Assembly (NCBI GenBank): GCA_032718475.1
Contig: JAUCBJ010005892.1
Span: forward strand, 7,562-71,561
Direction: 5' to 3'
Origin: Nemertoderma westbladi
Taxonomy: Eukaryota; Animalia; Xenacoelomorpha
DNA: 64,000 bases
The stretch's first letter is position 1. Every line of letters starts with the position of its first letter. Below are positions 11,871 through 22,707 of the stretch, piece after piece. The position numbers were made by a program, and so were the translations under genes. The notes under the pieces are model-generated. The model did no database searches and was not told the origin of the DNA. It worked only from the letters and a program-made list of their open reading frames with translations.

Positions 11871-14800
11871 ATGGAAAAGGAAATTCGAGCACAACCGAGG
11901 AGAGGGTTTACTGCCAGAGAGGAGGCGGAACTACCGTTCGCCCGACCCGGGTGTAAAGATTCGAACGTTTACTACCATGGGAAATCGGTGATGGAGTTAA
12001 ACGGGAAGTACAAGCCCACATATGAGAAGGAGTTGAGGAGGGAACGGATGCGAGCGTTGGGAGACCGCATGGAGGTTTTACGGAAAGAGTATCGCACTCG
12101 TTATCCCTACGACTTTGCCCTTGATGTATGCGACATTAGTGCAGACCCAGACGAGGAAATCGCCCGTCTGTACCATATGAACATCTATTTACGTTATGAC
12201 GAACCTCTACCTGCAGTCCGGGATTAATTCGACGGAATGCATCTTTACCGGAGGACTCGAGGCGAGGATCAGGAGACGCCAAAGGTTTTCAGCGTATACA
12301 AGTTGTTCTACAAATGCGGCGAATGCATGAATAAACAAGACGTAGCAATTCCCGATCGACTGAACGAGCAGCATCCTGAACCGATATTAACGCGATGTCA
12401 AGCTCACCAGTTTCTTAGATCAACGAGGGAGGTTACCCGATGAGCAACCCGATGATCAGTATTGACTTCAGTGGAAAACGACCTCCAAGACCCATTACGC
12501 CGACCGTTACGACTTTAGATCCGTATATGGAGATTAAACCCTGTTCGACACCCACTTTGATAGAGATGGCAGCGGCCATTTCGTTATACCGAGCCTATAA
12601 GGACCTAGAGTCGCGGCGCGAAGCGGCACGGGACTCGGGTACCAAACCTGCGGGTTTGGAGCTCTCGAGTCCCTGGACCACATTTACTTCGCCTCACCGA
12701 GTGAGAAATCTCACGCCTGAGCATCAGGATGATATAGATGCGTTGCGGCAGGAGGAGCGAGCGGCGAAAGCGAAGCAGTTATTCGAAGAGCGGGTAGTGG
12801 AGTATAATAGGACCACGGATAGACATCAGGAGGAGACTAGGAGAGTGACTGGATTTGTTCCACAGGCTGTATCTCAACCCCGATCGGTGTATTATTCCGA
12901 CGGCAACGAACCCGCGATATTGGTAGATCACCCGGAGTCGCGAGAAGCCATTCAATTCTTGCTGATGGTGACGCCGTCGGATTATTGGAACGTTGACTGC
13001 CTACGGGAAGTTTTATGCGCGAAGTTCTTGCGTGTCGTCCCGATGCAGATAACAGATTACGACACGTTAGATAAGAGTGGAGCTCCAGGGAAGGAGAGCA
13101 ACTTATTTGGTTGGTTGGACAAGTACATAAAGGTATGGGTCGCGGTGGCTACATTCCCAGACGACGAGGAGGTAGACCAGGCGTGGCTGAGGAGAAAGGG
13201 TTCCTACACCCAATACGATGACCACAAGGCTATTGAGCGCATGTGGACCCGATCCGACGAGATCCAGCATCAGTGGAGAAAGACGGAGGAATCACTACAG
13301 GATTGGCGCGTGATGTTTTACGACAACGAGGGAGGGTCTCATCAAGAGTGCCTAACTAGTAAGTTCATTCAAATTCGCGCGGCCAATGGTGTGACTCATG
13401 TATTCATGCGCGTGAGGGCGGACCGAGAGAGACCGGAGCCCATAATAACGACGCAATATCGGCGGGGGAAGGATCCCAGGGAACAGATTTTGGAGGTATG
13501 CAGGCGAGGAGGTATGCATGGAGCAGAGCGTATCGACGCCAGGATGCTACCCAAGAAAGTTAGAGAGGCGATTCTCAACCAGGATTACATCAAGGTGAGA
13601 TCGAGAGTCCAGAACGATTTGGAGAGCAACTTCAACGCCATGACAGATTTGGAGGATAGATTGCCGAGACCGTTTGTCGACACCAAGCTATTGTTGCTAT
13701 GGGCACAGGATATTGGAATTTATAGGGAGTATCCCAACTCTGCCAAGACTGGTATGGGCTTTATAGCGCATTTGTTATATAATTGGGACTTTAAGTTAAA
13801 GACGGAAAAGAAATACGAGGAGGCATATGGTGAATATAACACGCCACCGGGAGAGGAGTTCAAATCCCACTTCAAGCGGCAAGCGTTAGTGTATTGGAAC
13901 ATCTGCGCGCCACCCCGTGCGTCGCTGCAATATTATTTGGTGCTTGAGTCGAACACGGTAACTTGTTTAGTGGCGGATATCGTTGCGTGAGTTTTGAAGC
14001 GTCATCCATTGGTGTTCGGAGGAGATCAATACGTTCGCTTGAAAGGGGGAATCCAATCCGACGTGATGAAGCGTTTCTTAACCCCGTTCTTCAACCAATC
14101 GCTAGAGAACACGTCGATGGTTAGGAAAGGATTAGCGATATTCGAAGGAGTATATCGACAGAACATCGGAGATTTGGGAGACCGACCGTCGATGGAGTGT
14201 CCGACGCCAGAGGCCTTGGAGAAGTGGTTCGGGAATCAAATCCGCGGGTTTGGTACTCCCGTCCACTTGGAGGCGGATAGACCCATTAGAGAGGGTTGGC
14301 CAGAGACTTAGTAGAGGTATTCAGAGTGGATCTCCCGGTGGAGAAGACATATCCGAAACGAACGCAGGAGGAAATATTGGAGATAGAGGACAAAGGGGAG
14401 GATGTTTACTTTGTTCCGGACCGACAACCTCTGACCGGAGAGGACGACATCGTTTTAGACATTGGGAAGGAAGGGAGTGCGAAGCCAATTGGAGACCTCA
14501 TATATGAGAGGGCCTGGTTTCCACAAGCGCGTAGATGTAAGTTGTGCGGCAGCACAAGGCACAGTCAAAAGTCGTGCGACGCAGTAGTAGAGGCGGCGCA
14601 TAAGGTCTGCCGTTGGTGTAACGAGACAGATCACACGTTCCATACGTGCACCGTCTTCATTTATCAATATGGATATTGTGGGGTAAAGGGACATCGTAGC
14701 GCAAAATGTCAACTGCGTGGTGATTCTTTCCAAAACCATAGCGCCAACCTACTCCGGGAAATGTTAGACAAGTGGGAGGGTGTGGCTGATTACCACATCC

Positions 14801-15441
14801 AAGCACAAATGCGTTGGTTGCCGTTCAAGGCAGGATACGGATTTTGGGCAGAAGACCCATCACACATTGCGTACGAGCCGTATCTGCAATCACTACCGCA
14901 ATATCAGGATCTGATATTAACCGCTCAAGATCTTCCGCAGAATACTGGAGTGATCGTTGTTCGAGAATACTTTAGACAATTGAACATGGACAATAAATAC
15001 ACTTGGAACTTTGTTGCTATTTGTGACCGTATAACCAAGGGTCTATTTTCGGAAACTAGGAAGGTGGTGCGCGCGCGAGGAGATTGGAGAATGGCGGCTA
15101 TACAGTACCGTAATGAGTTCCTGTTGACTCACGTACCGGTGGGGTCATTGACTGCCGAACGGATAGAGGAGCAACGAACCACAGCACCCACAGCGACAAC
15201 CGCCGGAGTTCATAGCTCGCGGCAAGTACCAGGAGGAGGGGTCCTAGACAAGCGTCAAGTCAAGGACGACGACTACCATTCTATTATCGATACTCAACGC
15301 CTGCAGCGAAAGGCACAGGGGGCGTCCGAAAAGGCGCGCGTGCAACTGCAGAAGGAGGAGTTGGCGGAGGCGATTACGGGAACATGACAAACGGGACGAG
15401 GCCGAGGGAGGAGTACCAGCCGAGAGTCAGTCAGAGCCCAG
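11871..15441 (+). pseudogene. Decayed large intronless ORF of unknown function with three CCHC zinc knuckles, downstream of BEL/Pao pol
   Basis: ORFs 11871..12227 and 12237..12443 share a frame across one TAA. ORFs 12440..13990 and 13994..14311 share a frame across one TGA. ORF 14296..15387 overlaps by frameshift. Knuckles: CKLCGSTRHSQKSC, CRWCNETDHTFHTC, (Y)GYCGVKGHRSAKC. GC-richer than the flanks and cut at ~15441 by a transposon fragment. Confidence 0.75.
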
Positions 15442-16134
15442 GTTTTTCAATACAGGTTTTCTGGGGCGCAAAATAGATTGGAAAATATTTAAAAATGAAA
15501 TGGTTACTATAAATGGCTGTTTAGTCCTCTCTGCGTAGGAAAAAAATGAAAAAAACAAGTAACTTGTAATTTTGGTGCTAGCACCAAAATTTGCCAAATC
15601 ACGCCGAAAAATACAAGTTGCAATGATCTGGCATATTAGAAATCTATTCCATTAGAATCAGCGCCCAAGAAAACCTAAAAATGTGAATTTATAGCATCGT
15701 ATAAGTGAATTAAAAATTGTTTTGTTCAAACTGAAAAGTGCTGGTTACTTGTTTTTTTCATTTTTTTCCTACGCAGAGAGGACTAAACAGCCATTTATAG
15801 TAACCAATTCATTTTTAAATATTTTCCAATCTATTTTGCGCCCCAGAAAACCTGTATTGAAAAACAATTAGCCGATAAATGTAACTTTCAAATTTTGTGA
15901 AAATTGTGCACTACTTGTAATTTTGGTGCTGCAATATAACCACCCCAGTACATTTTTTCGAAAATTTTTTTTTCGGTCGGATCCAGACTAGTGATACCTA
16001 CGTACAAACAAAAAATCAGACGTTTTCGTAAAAAATTGTATATTTTAGAGGGGGAGGGTCAATATGACCCCCCCCCCCCCCCCCCCCCCCCGGTATTTGT
16101 ACAACATTTTATAGCCCGGTACTAATAGGGTTAA
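15442..16134. mobile_element. Rearranged non-autonomous DNA transposon fragment with piggyBac-like right end (..TAATAGGG-TTAA) and internal ~123-bp inverted duplication
   Basis: 15442-15563 is the near-perfect reverse complement of ~15744-15866. The terminus GGG+TTAA lies at 16128-16134. No matching TTAA-CCC left end is visible. Confidence 0.6.
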
Positions 16135-16625
16135 TCCGCTTCATATCGGTAAGTAAATTATCAAATAAATAACATTTATTTAGATGGGCTGGGTCCGAAC
16201 TCGCGTCCAGTTCGCGATAATACGCGGGGCCTCCCATTGTCTACGGGGCTCGCGGGTGAAGTGGAGAAGTGGGCAGGGGTTTGAGGACGGTGCTGGGCTG
16301 CCAAGCACTATTTAGAACAGCTTTGGAGCCATGGCTGTACTGCTATCTTTAGACAATCAATATTAATGTTAATATCTCTTTTACTTAACGTTTGTATCTC
16401 TTTGCGTTAATGTGACTTGATTTCTTAACTAAATGCTTGTAATGTGCAGCTTCAAAATGTCTAATATTATTAATATATTCGAGGATTATTATTTATTTAG
16501 ATAATAATTAATTGTTATAATGATTATTACTCACTATGGTACAGTACTGAATTACTGTAGGTCCTCTTCTTAACTAATTAATTTAACTGTTGTAAAAAAG
16601 GAGGCCTATTATATTATTTAATTAC

Positions 16626-17520
16626 CTGCAATAATATACCGGTCATCTTTACAGAAATCCACAGCACGGATGCGGCTCCCAGTTCCTTCAATCCGGTTGA
16701 TAACCTCCCCAGTTCCAGAATTAAGAATATAAATCAATCCGTTCACCCCAACAGCAGCGAATCTCAACCCGTTGGGACTCAATACGATACCACAGACCTC
16801 GGGAGTTGCTTCCTGTCTCCACAACTCCCCTGTACCAACAACGAAGCGATGGATCCTCCCTCTCCCATCTAACGACACTACTGACTCCCCATCCGGACCC
16901 CAACACAGACTGTAGACCCCCCTACGGTGCCCCCGGTATTCATACAACATCTCCCGGGTCCCGGTTACCCAAACTTTTACTGTACCATCCCACGAACAGC
17001 TGGCCAACCGGGACCCGTTCGAGTTGAACCGAATACAGGTAACCGGCCTAGACACGCGAATACACTCAACCGAGCTAGAATGCCCCACCCAGTTAGTAAC
17101 ATTATAGTTCCTCCCAGTTATTGATATAATAGAAATCCCCCCCATCCCTCCCACATGTTGCAATGACGTCCCGGTTTGGAGGGATTTATATCTATTCCCA
17201 CCCTATATGTACCCTCCCCCCCCCCCCCCATCACCCACTAAATCCCTCCCCGGTACCTCCACTACGACCCTCCAACCGGTCGCTTCCCGCTCCCAGGCAG
17301 TCACCGACCCCTCCCATGTTCCCGAGACAACGCGGTTCCCGTCCGTAGAAACCGCGACTCTCCAGTAATGGGTAGAACCTCCGGATCGCAGTAGATCTTC
17401 CTTTTTGTAGAGAGTTTATGATACAGGGGGGGTTGTATTCAGACACAAAGACAACCTCCTCGGTACCCGGGATCAGTTTGAGTTCCCGGATCGGCGCCAT
17501 TGTTAGGGGGATTATTGGAT
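16626..17520 (-). pseudogene. WD40-repeat gene exon, frameshifted
   Basis: WD40 repeats VTCIRFNSNGSRLASCSWDGTVKVW, GHRRGVYSLCWGPDG and RIRAVDFCKDDRYIIA. Shifted frames give WRVAVSTDGNRVVSGTWEGSVTAWE and DVIATCGRDGG. Acceptor tatcttttAG at 17522-17521 and donor GTaat at 16625. Confidence 0.75.
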
Positions 17521-17928
17521 CTAAAAGATAAAATAAAGTAAATTGCTAAAGTACTAAATAAGTATTACTAGTAGGGCCTACTTTATATTATAATTATAAA
17601 TTTATCAACAATTAAATTTGTCTAGTTTTTTTATAGGGCCTACAAAATATAGAGGCTGCCAAAATGCCGTATTTATTTAATACGACTTGTATAACGATCA
17701 ATGTACTATTAAATTAGTTTTCGAAAAAGTATTATATACCAAATACAGTGTTCTATAACCTTAATTGATAGCTAACATGTTCGTTCAAGCAAAAACTGGC
17801 TAGTTTAACAAATTTATTTTTTTTAAACATGATGTTCTAGAACAAAAAAATATGTTCTAGAACATGAATTATCAATCATGAATTGGAGTTGATCGGTTAA
17901 TGCAACTGTAATTAAAGGTGTCATATTA

Positions 17929-18529
17929 TACTACTACTAGGATCGGCATGCTGCATTGCAGCTGCATTTTTAGGAATGCTGTGTCGGCTTGTCAACAAAA
18001 TTGCATCGCCACAACTCCCTATCACCCATGACATTTGCTAGATCATCCGCATCTTTAAGGCCAGTGTCCTTTAAGATGCGTCTCAAGAAAGTCATGGGCT
18101 GTCCACCATGATTATTCACTCCATGAGGCTGCCAAAGTACAAGATTATGCACTGGCGATAGCAATGTCCTGCAACGCGGAGGCGATTTTGTTCTAGTGTC
18201 AAGCTTGGGGGAACCAATGAGACACCTCCAATGTTATATAGTGTCTGGTTGGAGATGTGTGCATTGTACTTGACACAATGAACCCGGCGTAGCATTCTTG
18301 TAAATGTGCCATCCAGAGATTTTGTGTCCTCAGCAGTTAGAGCCCAGCATGGACTCCCGTAGAGGAGTACTGGAACTACTGCTGCTCTAAATAATCGGAC
18401 ATTAAGTTTCCGATTAATTCTCGGTGACTTCCAAATCCTGGAAAGCCTATGGCGGTGCAATTTTGTCTATAAGCCGGCACAGCATTCTTAAAAATGCAGC
18501 TGCAATGCAGCATGCCGATCCTTGTAGTA
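17929..18529 (-). mobile_element. RTE 3' fragment (minus, 17929-18450) fused head-to-head to an ~80-bp RTE 3' end (plus, ~18447-18529)
   Basis: RTE C-terminal peptides in ORFs 18116..18460 and 17970..18164. (TAG)n-like tails point outward at both ends. Confidence 0.88.
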
Positions 18530-18854
18530 TATTTATTCATAATTAACTACAGTAATTTAAGTCTTTCTAATGTATTTATCAATTAATTACAGTTTTCATT
18601 ATTAATCTATGACATTCCTAAATCCCCCACAATACGTTTTAGAAAAATTATTTGCAGGGTTGAACTTAAATTTGATTTAATTTTAATTTAATTGATTTAA
18701 TTTTTAATTTAATTTATTCGTAATTAACTATGGATTAAATTATCTTATTATAAACTATCCCATCTGCCAATATTAAATATTTTATAATTTATAGACTTCC
18801 ATATTACCCTAAAATATAGCTCACATTATAAAAATAAACAAAAGTTTAACTTAC

Positions 18855-18982
18855 AATGGGTTGATTTATAGTTTTTAAGTTCTGGAACTGAAGGTTATTG
18901 GATGGAACAACACGGAACGTTGCGTTGGTAACTGGGGAAATTCGTCTATATTCACTTCGTATCTTCTGTATCGTTGATCAAC
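18855..18982 (-). pseudogene. Candidate upstream exon of the WD40 locus
   Basis: Strong acceptor attattttcAG and donor GTaagtt flank a GC-richer 128-nt island. No frame stays open across it. Confidence 0.35.
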
Positions 18983-19024
18983 CTGAAAATAATAATATTG
19001 AATATCTTTTAGGCTTGTTAAGCT

Positions 19025-22000
19025 AAGAAATGCCTGTTAACCACCATAGGTGATCTTCCACAGTAAACTCTTCCACTCTGTTTCCTAAAGGAATGCTTGT
19101 TCACCACCATGGGTGATCTTCCACAGTAAACCCTTCCATTCTGTTTCCTAAAGGAATGCCTGTTCACCACCATGGATGATCTTCCACAGTAAACCCTTCC
19201 ACTCTGTTTCCTAAAGCAATGCCCGTTCACCACAATTGGTGATCTTCCACAGTAAACCCTCCCACTCTTTTTCCTAAAGCAATGTCTGTTCACCACCATG
19301 GGTGATCTTCCACAGTAAACCCTCCCACTCTGTTTCCTAAAGCAATGTCCATTTACCACCATGGGTGATCTTCCACAGTAAACCCTTCCACTCTGTTTCC
19401 TAAAGAAATGCCTGTTCACCACCATAGGTGATCTTCCACAGTAAACCCTCCCACTCTGTTTCATAAAGCAATGTCTATTTACCACCATGGGTGATCTTCC
19501 ACAGTATCCCTTCCACTCTGTTTCCTAAAGGAATGTCTGTTCACCCCATGGGTGGTCTTCCAAGGTAAACCCCTCCACTCTGCTTCCTAAAGGAATGTCG
19601 GTTCACCACCATGAGTGATCTTCCACATTAAATCGTTCCACTCTGTTTCCTAAAGGAATGTCTGTTCACCCCCATGGGTGATCTTCCAAGGTAAACCCTT
19701 CCACTCTGCATCCTAAAGGAATGTCTGTTCACCACCATGGGTGATCTTCCACAGTAATCCCTTCCACTATGTTTCCTAAAGGAATGTCTGTTCACCCACA
19801 TGGGTGATCTTCCACAGTAAACCCTTCCACTCTGTTCCCAAAAGAATGCCTGTTCACCACAATGGGTGATCTTCCACAGTATACCCTTCCACTCGGTTTC
19901 CTAAAGGAATGCATGTTCACCACCATGGGTGATCTTCCACAGTACACCCTTCCACTCGGTTTCCTAAAGGAATGCCTGTTCACCACCATGGCTGATCTCC
20001 AACAGTAAACCCTTCCACTCTGTTTCCTAAAGGAATGCCTGTTCACCACCATGGGTGATCTTCCACAGAAAACTCTTCCACTCTGTTTCCAAAAGGATTG
20101 CCGGTTCACCACCATGGCTGATCTCCCACAGTAAACCCTTCCACTCTGTTTCCTAAAGGAATGCCTGTTCACCACCATGGGTGATCTTCCACAGAAAACT
20201 CTTCCACTCTGTTCCTAAAGGAATGCCTGTTCACCACCATGGGTGATCTTCCACAGTAAACCCTTCCCCTCGGTTTCCTAAAGGAATGCCTGTTCACCAC
20301 CATGGCTGATCTCCAACAGTAAACCCTTCCACTCTGTTTCCTAAAGGAATGCCTGTTCACCACCATGGGTGATCTTCCACAGAAAACTCTTCCACTCTGT
20401 TCCTAAAGGAATGCCTGTTCACCACCATGGGTGATCTTCCACAGTAAACCCTTCCCCTCGGTTTCCTAAAGGAATGCCTGTTTACCACCATGGCTGATCT
20501 CCCATAGTAAACTCTCCACTCAGTTTCCCAAGCAATGCCTGTTCACCCCCATAGGTGATCTCCCACAGTAAACCCTTCCACTCTGTTTCCTAAAGGAATG
20601 CCTGTTCACCACCATTGATGATCTTCCACCGTAACCCCTTCCACTCTGTTTCCTAAAGGAATGCCTGTTCACCACCATGGGTGATCTTCCACAGTAAACC
20701 CTTCCACTCGGTTTCCTAACGGAATGCCTGTTCACCACCTTGGGTGATCTTCCACAGTAAACCCTTCCACTCTGTTTCCTGAAGGAATGCCTGTTCACCA
20801 CCATGGCTGATCTCCAACAGTAAACCCTTCCACTCTGTTTCCTAAAGGAATGCCTGTTCACCACCATGGCTGATCTCCAACAGTAAACCCTTCCACTCTG
20901 TTTCCTAAAGGAATGCCTGTTCACCACCATGGCTGATCTCCAACAGTAAACCCTTCCACTCTGTTTCCTAAAGGAATGCCTGTTCACCCCCATAGGTGAT
21001 CTCCCACAGTAAACCCTTCCACTCTGTTTCCTAAAGGAATGCCTGTTCACCACCATTGATGATCTTCCACCGTAACCCCTTCCACTCTGTTTCCTAAAGG
21101 AATGCCTGTTCACCACCATGGGTGATCTTCCACAGTAAACCCTTCCACTCGGTTTCCTAACGGAATGCCTGTTCACCACCTTGGGTGATCTTCCACAGTA
21201 AACCCTTCCACTCTGTTTCCTGAAGGAATGCCTGTTCACCACCATGGCTGATCTCCAACAGTAAACCCTTCCACTCTGTTTCCTAAAGGAATGCCTGTTC
21301 ACCACCATGGCTGATCTTCCACAGAAAACTCTTCCACTCTATTTCCAAAAGGATTGCCGGTTCACCACCATGGGTGATCTTCCACAGTAAACCCTCCACT
21401 CTGTTTCCTAAAGCAATGTCTATTTACCACCATGGGTGATCTTCCACAGTATCCCTTCCACTCTGTTTCCTGAAGGAATGCCTGTTCACCACCATAGCTG
21501 ATCTCCAACAGTAAACCCTTCCACTCTGTTTCCTAAAGGAATGCCTGTTCACCACCATGGGTGATCTTCCACAGAAAACTCTTCCACTCTGTTTCCAAAA
21601 GGATTGCCGGTTCACCACCATGAGTGATCTTCCACAGTAAACCCTCCCACTCTGTTTCCTAAAGCAATGTCTATTTACCACCATGGGTGATCTTCCACAG
21701 TATCCCTTCCACTCTGTTTCCTAAAGGAATGTCTGTTCACCCCATGGGTGATCTTCCAAGGTAAACCCCTCCACTCGGCTTCCTAAAGGAATGTCGGTTC
21801 ACCACCATGAGTGATCTTCCATATTAAACCGTTCCACTCTGTTTCCTAAAGGAATGTCTGTTCACCCCCATGGGTGATCTTCCAAGGTAAACCATCCGCA
21901 TCCTAAAGGAATGTCTGTTCACCACCATGGGTGATCTTCCACAGTAATCCCTTCCACTCTGTTTCCTAAAGGAATGTCTGTTCACCCACATGGGTGATCT

Positions 22001-22390
22001 TCCACAGTAAACCCTTCCACTCTGTTCCCAAAGGAATGCCTGTTCACCACCATGGGTGGTCTTCCACAGTATACCCTTCCACTCGGTTTCTTAAATGAAT
22101 GCCTGTTCACCACCATGGGTGATCTTCCACAGTAAACCCTTCCACTCGGTTTCCTAAAGGAATGCCTGTTCACCACCATGGATGATCTTCCACAGTAAAC
22201 CCTTCCACTCTGTTTCCTAAAGGAATGCCTGTTCACCACCATTGGTGATCTTCCACCGTAACCCCTTCCACTCTGTTTCCTAAAGGAATGCCTGTTCACC
22301 GCCATGGGTGATCTTCCACAGTAAACCCTTCCACTCTGTTTCCTAAAGGAATGCCTGTTCACCACCATGGGTGATCTTGCACAGTAAACC
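19025..22390. repeat. 63-bp minisatellite, ~53 diverged copies (ctgttcaccaccatgggtgatcttccacagtaaacccttccactctgtttcctaaaggaatgc)
   Basis: Directly visible. The 21-aa periodic ORFs are broken by 1-bp indels. Confidence 0.97.
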
Positions 22391-22405
22391 TCCGCAGTAA
22401 CTTAC

Positions 22406-22448
22406 CTTTATTTGTAGATAAGTTTTTCTTTCGTCAGGATCGTTGGAG
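22406..22448 (-). pseudogene. Candidate 43-nt exon (SNDPDERKTYLQIK)
   Basis: Acceptor ttttttcAG and donor AG|GTaagt are both consensus. It joins in frame to VDQRYRR.. of the 18982 exon. Confidence 0.35.
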
Positions 22449-22672
22449 CTGAAAAAATTGATCAACAATATTTGAATAAATTCTACGATTCTGTGAGTTT
22501 AGAACGTAAAGTTTACTGATTGACACATTGTCGTGTCACATGTTCATTTTATGTCGTTTTTAAATGAACTTTATTTCTTCAAATACGGGTTTGTTAAAAT
22601 TCAGTTAACTAATTAATGCGCTGTGTGTTCCAAGGGAGATATTATCTATTATATTATTATTGTCTTCTGCAT

Positions 22673-22673
<1 letters not shown>

Positions 22674-22707
<34 letters not shown>

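Noticed and set aside
14500-14720. Zinc knuckles as canonical BEL/Pao Gag
   Set aside because: The third motif is not the BEL-type C..C..HH..LH, no protease follows within ~230 codons, and it lies downstream of pol.
17825-17865. tgTTCTAGAAca palindromes as heat-shock elements
   Set aside because: They are short, recur in unrelated AT-rich repeats (~6088, ~8266), and have no promoter context.
19018-22368. 21-aa repeat protein (MVVNRHSFRKQSGRVYCGRSP)
   Set aside because: Frequent 1-bp indels break the frame, and the array lies in a candidate intron.
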